Assembly (NCBI GenBank): GCA_032250835.1
Contig: JAVVEA010000005.1
Coordinates: 134,402-198,401 of the forward strand
DNA length: 64,000 nt
Direction of reading: 5' to 3'
Source of the DNA: a bacterium
GTDB taxonomy: Bacteria > SAR324 > XYD2-FULL-50-16
Shown piece by piece: positions 10,259 to 18,908 of this stretch. Both the position numbers and the translations under genes were made by a program. How positions within the stretch are numbered: the stretch's first letter is position 1; each line of letters opens with the position of its first letter. The notes beneath the pieces were generated by a model, which saw nothing but the letters and a program-made list of their open reading frames with translations, made no database searches and was not told the origin of the DNA.

Positions 10259-11120
10259 ATTTGCCGCTAACGAACAATTGCTGGCCGATTGGGTGTTGGA
10301 TCAAAACCACCATAACGGCCTCTTCCCCCCGGCGAAGGGTTGGACGCTGCGTTTTAAGCTCTTTGAGCCCAAAAGTGAGCTACGCCCGCTCTTTTTGTTT
10401 GAAGCCTTAAGCGAAGGCGAACGGGTGCGTTTGCTTCCCTTAAGCCCCCTGGTATCCCCAAAGCTTTACCGCGAATTGCCCGCCTTGTGTGATGGTGCGG
10501 ACCAGTTGGTGTTGCTTTGTGGGCAGGCCTATAGCGAAGAGCTGAGCGCAAAGACCGAAGGCCTACCGATCCGGCCCGTACAACTAGCCTTAAGCGAAAG
10601 CGGGATGAAGTTGGTCGGTGGAGAATTCAAAAACTCCCGCTTGGAATTCCGGTTAATGAAGACCGAATCAAAACCCCAACTCTTACCGCACCGCATGCCC
10701 CTGAATCCAGGCCTGCATGAAGACGAGGCCATCTTGGCCCGCTGTTTCCACGCCCTCTTCCACCAGCTCAACCGCCTCTGGCTGGCTGGAACGACCCAGG
10801 CCAAGCTAGATCCCCTTTGGGACCTGGCCCTACCCCTCTTTCCCTTGATGGGTAAGGCCCAGCGCAAAGAAGCCGCGGGGAGGCTGGACGAACACCTATC
10901 GCTCCTGACCCAAGCGGGGCCGTTAAAGGGCTGGTTGGACTTAAAATGGCACCAAAAGAAACCCCAATCCCAACCGGTGCGCCAGTTGTCTTGGAGCGGC
11001 CCGCCAGAGAACCGCGCGGTTCTCTTAGCGGTGCTACGTCGCCAGGATCAGGCCCTCCATTTGCTGCGCACCCAATCCCAACAGACCAGCTATTATGACC
11101 CAGAAACTGACGCACTTTGA
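10251..11120 (+). CDS. Hypothetical protein
   Basis: ATG at 10251 overlaps the upstream stop; the 3' end overlaps moaC. Confidence 0.65.
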   Translation: MFEFAANEQLLADWVLDQNHHNGLFPPAKGWTLRFKLFEPKSELRPLFLFEALSEGERVRLLPLSPLVSPKLYRELPALCDGADQLVLLCGQAYSEELSAKTEGLPIRPVQLALSESGMKLVGGEFKNSRLEFRLMKTESKPQLLPHRMPLNPGLHEDEAILARCFHALFHQLNRLWLAGTTQAKLDPLWDLALPLFPLMGKAQRKEAAGRLDEHLSLLTQAGPLKGWLDLKWHQKKPQSQPVRQLSWSGPPENRAVLLAVLRRQDQALHLLRTQSQQTSYYDPETDAL

Positions 11121-11583
11121 CGAATCGGGCCGGGCCCGGATGGTTGATGTTTCGGCTAAATCCGAAACCAGCCGATTGGCGCTGGCCCATGCGGAAATAA
11201 AGATCAGCGCGGAGTTGGCACAAATCCTTGCCGAAGGGAGTCTTTCCAAAGGAGACGCCTTTACGGTAGCTAAAACAGCGGGCATCCTGGCGGCCAAGCG
11301 TACCGGGGAGTTGATCCCCATGTGCCACCCTTTGGGCTTAGATCAAATTGAGGTAGAAATCCGGCTGGATCAGCCGGGCGGTCGTATTTTCTTAGAAGCT
11401 ACCGCCAAGTGTCAGGGTAAGACGGGTGTTGAGATGGAAGCCTTGGTGGCCGTTAATCTAGCGGCTTTGACGGTCTACGACATGTGTAAGGCCGTAGACA
11501 AGGGGATGTTGATCGAGCGGGTCGGGCTGGTGCGCAAAGAAGGGGGCAAATCAGGCCTCTACCAGAACCCAGAGTTCGCTTAA
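11095..11583 (+). CDS. moaC: Cyclic pyranopterin monophosphate synthase
   Basis: LTHFD..GRARMVDVS, LIPMCHP, TGVEMEAL, YDMCKAVD. Confidence 0.96.
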   Translation: MTQKLTHFDESGRARMVDVSAKSETSRLALAHAEIKISAELAQILAEGSLSKGDAFTVAKTAGILAAKRTGELIPMCHPLGLDQIEVEIRLDQPGGRIFLEATAKCQGKTGVEMEALVAVNLAALTVYDMCKAVDKGMLIERVGLVRKEGGKSGLYQNPEFA

Positions 11584-11915
11584 AACTTCAGGCTGGAAGA
11601 ATCAAAGACCAAGCGGCTGGCCAATAATTTGCCTTTAGATACCTCAAACCACTGGGCTACGTCCAAGGTGGCCCCTTCCTTTTGGTAGCGATAGAAAAGC
11701 GCTACCTGCCCACCCTCTTCTACTTCTGCTAAAATCAGGGCTTCGCCGGGCTCTAAGGGGTTGGCCTTGAGGTTCGCTAAATAAGCCGGGGCGCTTTCGC
11801 TCCTCAACAGGGGGCTTTCAAAACGGAAGTCATCGGCCAACAACTTGGCTACGCCTTCTAGGTCACGAGTGACTAAGCAGCGTAGGTATTGTCGGGCTAG
11901 TTCTAAAGAAGTCAT
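11580..11915 (-). CDS. SnoaL/NTF2-like protein
   Basis: LLADDFRFESP and FEVSKGKL patterns; 111 aa. Confidence 0.7.
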   Translation of the reverse strand: MTSLELARQYLRCLVTRDLEGVAKLLADDFRFESPLLRSESAPAYLANLKANPLEPGEALILAEVEEGGQVALFYRYQKEGATLDVAQWFEVSKGKLLASRLVFDSSSLKF

Positions 11916-12778
11916 CAGGCACTTTTAGCTAAGAGGATGGAAATTTCATAAGCAAAAGACAGGGCCACCACGATGAAGCCAGAAATAGCCCAGATGGCGG
12001 AAGCTTTGCCCCGCATCCCTTCGATGCTGCGGTCTAATAAGAAAACGGCGTAAATAGCCCAGGTAGCAACGGGCAGGCCCTGACGCAGGTTCACGCCCAT
12101 CCCACCGGAATTAGCAAATAGATTCATCCCCACGCCAGACAAGAGCCCAAAGGTAACCAGCAGGAACCCTACCGCGATTACCTTATAATTCAGTTTATCC
12201 AGGTAACCAAGGCTCGGCACCTTGCCGCCGCGTAAGTGCAGCGTCTTGGCCTTGAGTTGGTGCTCTTGGTAGAGGTAAAAGATGGAGGTCACGCAAGCTA
12301 CCGCAAAGAGCAAGTAGCCAACCATCAGGTTGCTGGCATGAAAGATCAAGATCACCTTGCCGAAGACCGGCGAACTAGAAAGATACCCCTCGGTTCCGAT
12401 CTCCCGGTGGGCGACTAGGTCCGAAAGCAGCAAAAAAAACAAGGTGAGCGGCGGGAAGATGACCTCAAAGATTTGGTTGGTATAGTAAAAATCCAACACA
12501 AAATAGAGCGTCAAGACCAAGAGGGACCCAAAGAGAAACAGCCCTGCGGTGCTGCTAAAGGGGTCTAAGCCCAGCTCGATATAGCTCGCCACCGCGTAGA
12601 CTAACTGGAACACCAAGCCCACGAAGAGTAAACGTTCGCCGACCCGATGACTCCTTTGGCTGTCTTTAAAAAAGGACAAACAACTGAGCACCCAGCCCAG
12701 AGTGATCAGGGCGAAAAGGGTCCAAAAAAAGAGGCTTAAGCTCACGTTGACTTTGGGGCTAAAGGGTTCGTCAGACAT
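11915..12778 (-). CDS. Cytochrome c assembly family (CcsA/YpjD-like) membrane protein
   Basis: About 8 TM segments; conserved His (IFHAS) and YLYQEHQLK..PSL..LD motif. Start uncertain; ATG 12778 chosen. Confidence 0.75.
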   Translation of the reverse strand: MSDEPFSPKVNVSLSLFFWTLFALITLGWVLSCLSFFKDSQRSHRVGERLLFVGLVFQLVYAVASYIELGLDPFSSTAGLFLFGSLLVLTLYFVLDFYYTNQIFEVIFPPLTLFFLLLSDLVAHREIGTEGYLSSSPVFGKVILIFHASNLMVGYLLFAVACVTSIFYLYQEHQLKAKTLHLRGGKVPSLGYLDKLNYKVIAVGFLLVTFGLLSGVGMNLFANSGGMGVNLRQGLPVATWAIYAVFLLDRSIEGMRGKASAIWAISGFIVVALSFAYEISILLAKSA

Positions 12779-12824
12779 GATGAGAAATCCAAGGGCCCCT
12801 GTCCACCCCTTTTTCGGTAGGCTT

Positions 12825-13760
12825 TTACCAGCCCTTGGGACGCTTAGATGCGCGGCCCATGGCGGCCAATAGGTCTTCACGCATTTCTAAGGTGGCGCGC
12901 CTCGCCGCTAACCCATAATCTTCGGGGGCCATATTCAACCGGTCCCAGGCGAAGAGGATGCCTCTAGAGGAGTTGATCAGCGCCCCGTAGCCCTGGTCAT
13001 TGAAGCTGGGCATCACATCGTCTCCGGTGCCGCCCTGAGCGCCATATCCGGGCACCAAAAAGGGCACGTTAGGCATCAGTTGGCGCAGCCTAGCGGCCTC
13101 GTCGGGCCAAGTGGCTCCCACCACCGCGCCCAGCGGCGCAAATCCATATCCACCGGTATGTTGGGCCGCTTGGGCTTGCAGATCTAAGGCGATCCGCTCA
13201 TAAAGCGGCATCCCATCGACCACGGCGGTCTGGTATTGACCTGAAGAGGGATTGGAAGTGCGCACCAGCAAGAAGACGCCCCGGTCTTCGGCTAGGGCGA
13301 CTCGGTAGAAGGGATCGGTGCCGTCGCTCCCGAGGTAGGGATTGACGGTCACAAAATCGGCCAGCGCTTCGGGGGACTTCCCTTGGAGCAGCGGAGCCCG
13401 ACCAATATGCCCTAAGGCATACAATTGGGCCGTACTGCCGATATCGCCGCGCTTGCTGTCGTCAATGACGATCAGGCCCATCTGGCGAGCTTGGGTACAG
13501 GTCGCTTCAAAGGCGGCCAAACCAGCCGGTCCGAAGAGTTCATAACAGGCCATCTGCAGTTTCACCGCAGGCACCAAGTCGGCGACGGCTTCTAAAATGC
13601 CTAGGTTAAACTCCAACAAAGCCTCGGCTGCACCTTCTCTGCCCCCTTTCCTCCCTTGGGTTAAAAAGGGCGGCAAGCGGTCTAACAGAGGGTCCAGCCC
13701 GACCATAATCGGGCTGGCCTTGGCGTCTACTGCTTGAAACAATCGGTCGATCAAAGACAA
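12825..13760 (-). CDS. pyrF: Orotidine-5'-phosphate decarboxylase (subfamily 2)
   Basis: VGLDP, DSKRGDIGST, GAVVGAT, PGYGAQGG, NSSR. TTG start at 13760 inferred. Confidence 0.93.
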   Translation of the reverse strand: MSLIDRLFQAVDAKASPIMVGLDPLLDRLPPFLTQGRKGGREGAAEALLEFNLGILEAVADLVPAVKLQMACYELFGPAGLAAFEATCTQARQMGLIVIDDSKRGDIGSTAQLYALGHIGRAPLLQGKSPEALADFVTVNPYLGSDGTDPFYRVALAEDRGVFLLVRTSNPSSGQYQTAVVDGMPLYERIALDLQAQAAQHTGGYGFAPLGAVVGATWPDEAARLRQLMPNVPFLVPGYGAQGGTGDDVMPSFNDQGYGALINSSRGILFAWDRLNMAPEDYGLAARRATLEMREDLLAAMGRASKRPKGW

Positions 13761-13764
13761 GGAT

Positions 13765-14232
13765 TCAGCGTTTCTTGAGGTTGTCGATAAAGCCATGGAT
13801 CTTGGCAGTAAGGGCCTTTTGAAGATCATCAAGCTTGGCCAAGTCGCTGGGCATAGAAGCGGTTTTTTGTTTGAGGAACTTCATCAAGGTTTCTTCTAGT
13901 TCCCTAAACCGTTTGTCAATGGGGTTAACCCGGCGGCCACGCTTGCCGACTTGAACATCCAAGGTTTTGAGCAATTGGTCCATCTGCTTTTCTAAATTAC
14001 CGACCCGGCTTTCTAGGTCGCCGGTCGTTTTGCGCGGGCGGCCGCGCTTTGCCTTCGGGGCCACCTCTTTCTTAACTTTCTTGGCCTTGGCTGGAGTGGG
14101 GGCAAATTTGCTGCGGTAATGGCGCAGCGTGTTTTGCCTTACCTTCGGGAAAGCCTCGTAAAGTTCCTTATTGCCCGCTTCTGGGTTTTCTTTAAGATAG
14201 TCTTGTACTTCTTCGGCAATCGACTTAGCCAT
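13765..14232 (-). CDS. Basic hypothetical protein with an AT-hook-like motif and coiled coil
   Basis: GAGGGAG RBS; KRGRPRK motif; Lys-rich linker. Confidence 0.75.
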   Translation of the reverse strand: MAKSIAEEVQDYLKENPEAGNKELYEAFPKVRQNTLRHYRSKFAPTPAKAKKVKKEVAPKAKRGRPRKTTGDLESRVGNLEKQMDQLLKTLDVQVGKRGRRVNPIDKRFRELEETLMKFLKQKTASMPSDLAKLDDLQKALTAKIHGFIDNLKKR

Positions 14233-14435
14233 AGTTTTCTCCCTCAGTGCCTCAAGAACTGATCAAAAAAACGGGGCGGCAATAGGTTCGCCTCGTAGAA
14301 AGCCCCTAAAACTATTTGGGGATAGTTGATTTTATATCAGCAAATAAGAGTTTGTACAATAGGCTAAGCTTGCTCCTTTTTAATAAAGGCGGTATAAATA
14401 GCCCCTGATATATTTTCGAAAGCGCTAAGGAGCTT

Positions 14436-15155
14436 ATGGAAATCCCCCTCTTCGAAGCCAGTAACGGTGCCTGTCCCTATTTAAAGGGCAAAGAATGGCT
14501 CAGCTACTTGACCCACGCCGACCGCCTCGACGAGTACCTTTACGAAGCGTTGCTCAACCGCGGATTCCGGCGCAGCGGACACATTTTCTATCAGAACCAA
14601 TGTAAAGGCTGTGACGCCTGCATTCCCGTCCGCTTAAGCGCCGATAGCTTTGAGCCCACCAAGTCGCAGCGCAAGGTTTGGCGTAAGAACCAAGACCTAC
14701 GTTTAGAAATCCTGCCCGCGCGCTTTGATGAAGAGGCCTACAAAGTCTACGACGCCTTCACTAAAAGTCGCTACAACGCCTCAGCTACGGCCGAAGAGTT
14801 CCAGCAATTCCTCGTAAAAACCGCCGTAGACACCCAAATGGTCAAGTATTACCTAGAAGACCAAATAGTTGCGGTTGGCTGGCTAGATATCTTAGCCAAC
14901 TCGGTCTCCAGCGTATATTTCGCCTTCGATCCCTCCCAAGCAAAGCGCAGCCTGGGCACTTTTAGCGTGATGAAGGAGATCGAAATCTGCCGCGAAATGG
15001 GCAAAGATTATTTGCACTTGGGCTTTTGGGTTGCCGACTGTCAGGCAATGGCCTATAAAAGCAAATTTTATCCTCACCAGTTCCTGATAGACGGCGAGTG
15101 GTGCGACCCCATCCGCTACAGCGGCCAAGAACCCAACCTCCCTTATGAGCAATAG
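14436..15155 (+). CDS. bpt: Aminoacyl-tRNA-protein transferase (ATE/Bpt family)
   Basis: CPYL, GFRRSG, CxxCxxCIPVR, RSLGTFS, MAYK motifs; AAGGAG RBS. Confidence 0.88.
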   Translation: MEIPLFEASNGACPYLKGKEWLSYLTHADRLDEYLYEALLNRGFRRSGHIFYQNQCKGCDACIPVRLSADSFEPTKSQRKVWRKNQDLRLEILPARFDEEAYKVYDAFTKSRYNASATAEEFQQFLVKTAVDTQMVKYYLEDQIVAVGWLDILANSVSSVYFAFDPSQAKRSLGTFSVMKEIEICREMGKDYLHLGFWVADCQAMAYKSKFYPHQFLIDGEWCDPIRYSGQEPNLPYEQ

Positions 15156-16251
15156 CTTCGGACGACTTTTCCGGATCACCACCTTTGGCGAAAGCCACGG
15201 GCGTGGCCTAGGTGTGACCTTAGACGGTTGCCCCGCCGGGCTGGCTATTGACGCCGCCTACATCCAAGCCGAACTGGACCGCCGTAAGCCCGGCCAAAGC
15301 AAGATCACCACCAGCCGTAAAGAAGAAGACCAGATCGAGATCCTTTCGGGGATCTATCAAGGCCAAACTTTAGGCACCTCGATCGGGATGGTGGTCTACA
15401 ACGCCGATGCCAAGTCAAAGCATTACGACGAACTCAAAGACCTCTACCGGCCGGGCCATGCGGACTATACCTACCAAAGCCGCTATGGGCTGCGTGACCA
15501 CCGCGGCGGCGGTCGGGCCAGCAACCGTGAAGCAGTAGGCCGCGTCGCCGCCGGAGCGGTGGCCAAGGCTTTTTTGCAAGATCTATTGGGGACCTCTTGT
15601 CTTAGTTGGGTAGAGCAAGTCCACCATATCGAAGCACAAATCGACCCCGATCAAGTGCGCTTTGAGGACATTGAGGCCAACATCGTACGTTGCCCCGACC
15701 CCGCCAAAGCCCAAGAGATGATCGCCGCCATCAGCCAAGCTAAGACCGAGGGCAATAGCTTAGGAGGCAGCATTGGTTTCGCCGTCAAGGGCTTGCCCGC
15801 AGGCCTGGGTGCGCCGATATTCGACAAACTGACCGCCCTTTTAGCCCAAGCCTTAATGTCGATCCCCGCAACCCGCAGCGTCTCCTTTGGCTTAGGCGAA
15901 GGAGCGACCCGGCTGAAGGGATCCGAGCATAACGATGCCTTTATCCTTAGAGACGGACGGGTCTCCACCAAATCCAACCGAGCCGGCGGGATGCTCGGCG
16001 GCATGACCAACGGAGAGACCCTCTGGGGCCATGTGACCTTCAAGCCCACCGCCACCTTGATGATCGACCAAGAAACGGTCACCGCCGACGGCCGAGAAGT
16101 TATCTTCAAAGCCCGTGGCCGCCACGATCCCTGTGTATTGCCTAGGGCGGTGCCCAATGTAGACGCGATGGTGAATTTAGTGTTGGCTGATCAGCTTTTG
16201 CTGTATAGTTGCGCCAACATGGACCGACTACGCCGATCTTTGCGGCAGTAA
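15145..16251 (+). CDS. aroC: Chorismate synthase
   Basis: TTFGESHG, RPGHAD, GGGRAS.RE, RGRHDPCV. Confidence 0.96.
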   Translation: MSNSFGRLFRITTFGESHGRGLGVTLDGCPAGLAIDAAYIQAELDRRKPGQSKITTSRKEEDQIEILSGIYQGQTLGTSIGMVVYNADAKSKHYDELKDLYRPGHADYTYQSRYGLRDHRGGGRASNREAVGRVAAGAVAKAFLQDLLGTSCLSWVEQVHHIEAQIDPDQVRFEDIEANIVRCPDPAKAQEMIAAISQAKTEGNSLGGSIGFAVKGLPAGLGAPIFDKLTALLAQALMSIPATRSVSFGLGEGATRLKGSEHNDAFILRDGRVSTKSNRAGGMLGGMTNGETLWGHVTFKPTATLMIDQETVTADGREVIFKARGRHDPCVLPRAVPNVDAMVNLVLADQLLLYSCANMDRLRRSLRQ

Positions 16252-16349
16252 ATCAAAAATTAACGGCTATTTTAGTTGATCCTAGCGGTAAAGTCCTTTA
16301 GGATTCATGCAAATTTCGGCAACCAAAATATATAGGGAAGGCCTGAGTC

Positions 16350-16748
16350 ATGAAAGAGATCAAGGAAATGCTGATCGAGATGCAGCAAACGATCATCGAT
16401 GAAATCGAGCAGGACCGCCGCTACTCGGACAATGCCATCACCAATGACATTGGCGACGACATCGACCACGCCAGCGAAGAACGCGACCGCGAGTTATATC
16501 AACTGCTAGGTGAGCGGGACCGCCGCAAGCTAGAGCAGATCGCTTCGGCTTTAGAGCGCATTGAAGACAGCACCTACGGGGTCTGCGAAGATTGCGGTGC
16601 CAAGATATCCAAAAAACGCTTGATGGCCCTGCCCTTCACCGAACTCTGCATCGATTGTAAAAACGAGGAAGAACGAACCCGTGGCAAGTCCGATCTAGCC
16701 ATTGATTCAGGCACCACCAAGTTCATGGATGCCGACGACGACCTCTAA
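16350..16748 (+). CDS. dksA: DksA/TraR transcription factor
   Basis: DxxDxA coiled-coil tip (DDIDHA); CEDC...CIDC zinc finger. Confidence 0.85.
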   Translation: MKEIKEMLIEMQQTIIDEIEQDRRYSDNAITNDIGDDIDHASEERDRELYQLLGERDRRKLEQIASALERIEDSTYGVCEDCGAKISKKRLMALPFTELCIDCKNEEERTRGKSDLAIDSGTTKFMDADDDL

Positions 16749-16799
16749 TCTCCCCTAAGGGGTCGCTAGACCCCGAACCCCACGCCCCCAGGCCCGGCC

Positions 16800-17585
16800 A
16801 TGGAAAGCGTGCTGCAGTTTTCTGCGGAACAGTATTTTACCTTCTTTTTAGTGGTTTTGCGCGTCTCGGGAATGTTTGTGACCGCGCCAATCCTCTCTTC
16901 CGCCTCAGTTCCGCGCCAGCTTAGGGTCTATATGGCCCTGATGGTCTCTATGATCCTCTTCGCTGCAGTCCCGTTAGGGAACATTTACGGCAATTGGACG
17001 GTCGCCGGTTTTTTGTCTATCGCCCTGGCCGAAACCATGGTGGGGTTGATGCTGGGCATAGTACCCCGGGTGATTTTCGCGGCCGTAGACTTTTCGGGTA
17101 CCATCATAGGTTACCAAATGGGCCTATCTCTAGCTAACGTGATGGACCCCCAGACCGAAGTACAGGTCTCGATTATCTCGAGTTTTAAGGGGCTTTTAGC
17201 AACCCTTTTGTTTGTGACCATTGACGGCCACCACATCTTTTTTGAAGTCTTAGGCACCACCTACGAGCAAATCCCCATAGGCGGGTTCAGCTTCGCCGCC
17301 AACAAGATCGACTACCTCTTACAACTCGGCGCTTTGGTGATCACCCTAGGGGTAAAGATCGGGGCACCGTTGATCGTGTCTTTATTGCTCGCGAATATTA
17401 TCTTGGGCTTTATGGCCCGCGCCATGCCGCAGATGAATATCTTTGTGGTCGGTGTCCCCTTGACCATTCTTTTGGGCTTCCTCTTGTTGTTCACCGGTAT
17501 GCCCTATATGATGACCGGCATGCAGCGGGCCTTCGACGGCATGGGCAAGCAGGTTCTTGAACTGATCGGTATTATGGCGCACTAA
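16800..17585 (+). CDS. fliR: Flagellar export protein FliR
   Basis: QMGLSLANVMDP, DGHH, RAMPQMNIFVVGVP. Confidence 0.95.
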   Translation: MESVLQFSAEQYFTFFLVVLRVSGMFVTAPILSSASVPRQLRVYMALMVSMILFAAVPLGNIYGNWTVAGFLSIALAETMVGLMLGIVPRVIFAAVDFSGTIIGYQMGLSLANVMDPQTEVQVSIISSFKGLLATLLFVTIDGHHIFFEVLGTTYEQIPIGGFSFAANKIDYLLQLGALVITLGVKIGAPLIVSLLLANIILGFMARAMPQMNIFVVGVPLTILLGFLLLFTGMPYMMTGMQRAFDGMGKQVLELIGIMAH

Positions 17586-18665
17586 ATGGCTGAAAGCGGC
17601 GGACAGGAAAAAACAGAGGCCCCAACCCAGAAAAAGCGCGACGACGCCCGCGAAGAGGGTCAAGTTGCCTTTTCCAAGGAGTTGTCCAGCGTAGCCCTCT
17701 TGGGCAGCTTTTTGTTGCTCTTCTGGTTTGCCAGTTCGAGCATGCTGGGCGCTTACCGCGACGCCTTTGTCCATTCCTTCACCAACTTAGATCAGGGCGA
17801 GTTCAACCCGGCGTTGATGGAACAAATGGTGGACTCGATTTTTGAAAGCGCCACCATCCTGGTCGGCCCTTTCTTCTTGACCGCCTTGGTCATCGGTGTC
17901 TTTGCCAGTGTGGTCCAGGTGGGCTTTAAGATCACCGGCAAACCCTTGATGCCCAAGCTAGACAAGCTCAGCCCCCTCAAAGGTATCCAAAGAATTTTTT
18001 CCAAGCAGGCCTTAAGCGAACTCTTTAAATCGCTCTTTAAAATGGGTCTGATCGGTTATATTGGTTGGTACACCTTCATCCAATATGATCAGGAAATGCA
18101 TAACCTGATTGATCAAGACCCGGTTGTCTTGTTGGGCATTGTGGGTAAAATCACCGGAGTCTTTACCTTCCGTCTCTTTTTAGCCCTATTGATTTTGGCT
18201 TTGGCTGACTACCTGTTCCAGCGTTGGGATTTGGAACAGAAGCTGATGATGAGCAAGCAGGACGTAAAAGAAGAAATGAAGCAGTCCGAAGGCGACCCTC
18301 AGCTAAAGGCCCGCATCCGCCAAATCCAGCAGTCCATGAGCCAAGCGCGGATGATGCAGGAGGTGCCCAAGGCGGATGTAGTGGTCAGCAACCCGACCCA
18401 CTTCGCCATCGCCATGAAATACGACCGCGAGACGATGGTGGCTCCGCAGGTGATGGCCAAAGGCGCGGACCATATGGCATTAAGGATCATCGAAATCGCC
18501 CAGGAAAACGGCGTGCTGGTCTACCAATCGCCTCAGGTAGCGCGGGGCCTATACTTCCAGGTCGAGGTTGGCGACGGTATCCCCGAAGGCTTTTATAAAG
18601 CTGTCGCCGAGATCCTGGCCTTTGTTTTCAAAGCCAAGGCCAAGACAAAGGGCAAAAGGCGTTAG
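17586..18665 (+). CDS. flhB: Flagellar export protein FlhB
   Basis: EKTEAPT, EGDP and the NPTH autocleavage motif. Confidence 0.96.
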   Translation: MAESGGQEKTEAPTQKKRDDAREEGQVAFSKELSSVALLGSFLLLFWFASSSMLGAYRDAFVHSFTNLDQGEFNPALMEQMVDSIFESATILVGPFFLTALVIGVFASVVQVGFKITGKPLMPKLDKLSPLKGIQRIFSKQALSELFKSLFKMGLIGYIGWYTFIQYDQEMHNLIDQDPVVLLGIVGKITGVFTFRLFLALLILALADYLFQRWDLEQKLMMSKQDVKEEMKQSEGDPQLKARIRQIQQSMSQARMMQEVPKADVVVSNPTHFAIAMKYDRETMVAPQVMAKGADHMALRIIEIAQENGVLVYQSPQVARGLYFQVEVGDGIPEGFYKAVAEILAFVFKAKAKTKGKRR

Positions 18666-18812
18666 CGCCCCCTGGTTTTTGGCCTAAATCTTTCATACTC
18701 CCCTCATAAGACCACTGCCGGATACCCGGCAGGACCACCCAAGGAAGGGCGGGTACAGGTATTTCAAGGATGTGCCGCAGGAATTGCCGCAAATGGATGC
18801 AGGTTGCCGACT

Positions 18813-18828
18813 TTGTACGGCCCTTGCA
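18813..18828 (+). promoter_or_regulatory. Possible imperfect sigma-54 promoter of flhA
   Basis: TTGTACG-N4-TTGCA versus consensus TGGCACG-N4-TTGCW; the -24 GG is not intact. Confidence 0.3.
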
Positions 18829-18908
18829 TGGATGACTCTTAATCAAGACGACTCTGGTTCGATCGATTCGAGCCGCCCTGGCGACCAACCAACTACTTAG
18901 AACCCGGC

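Noticed and set aside
18700-18812. c-di-GMP-I riboswitch upstream of flhA
   Set aside because: Only a GGTTGCCGA-like end is present; the GGCAAAC...GAAA...GACGCAAA core is missing.
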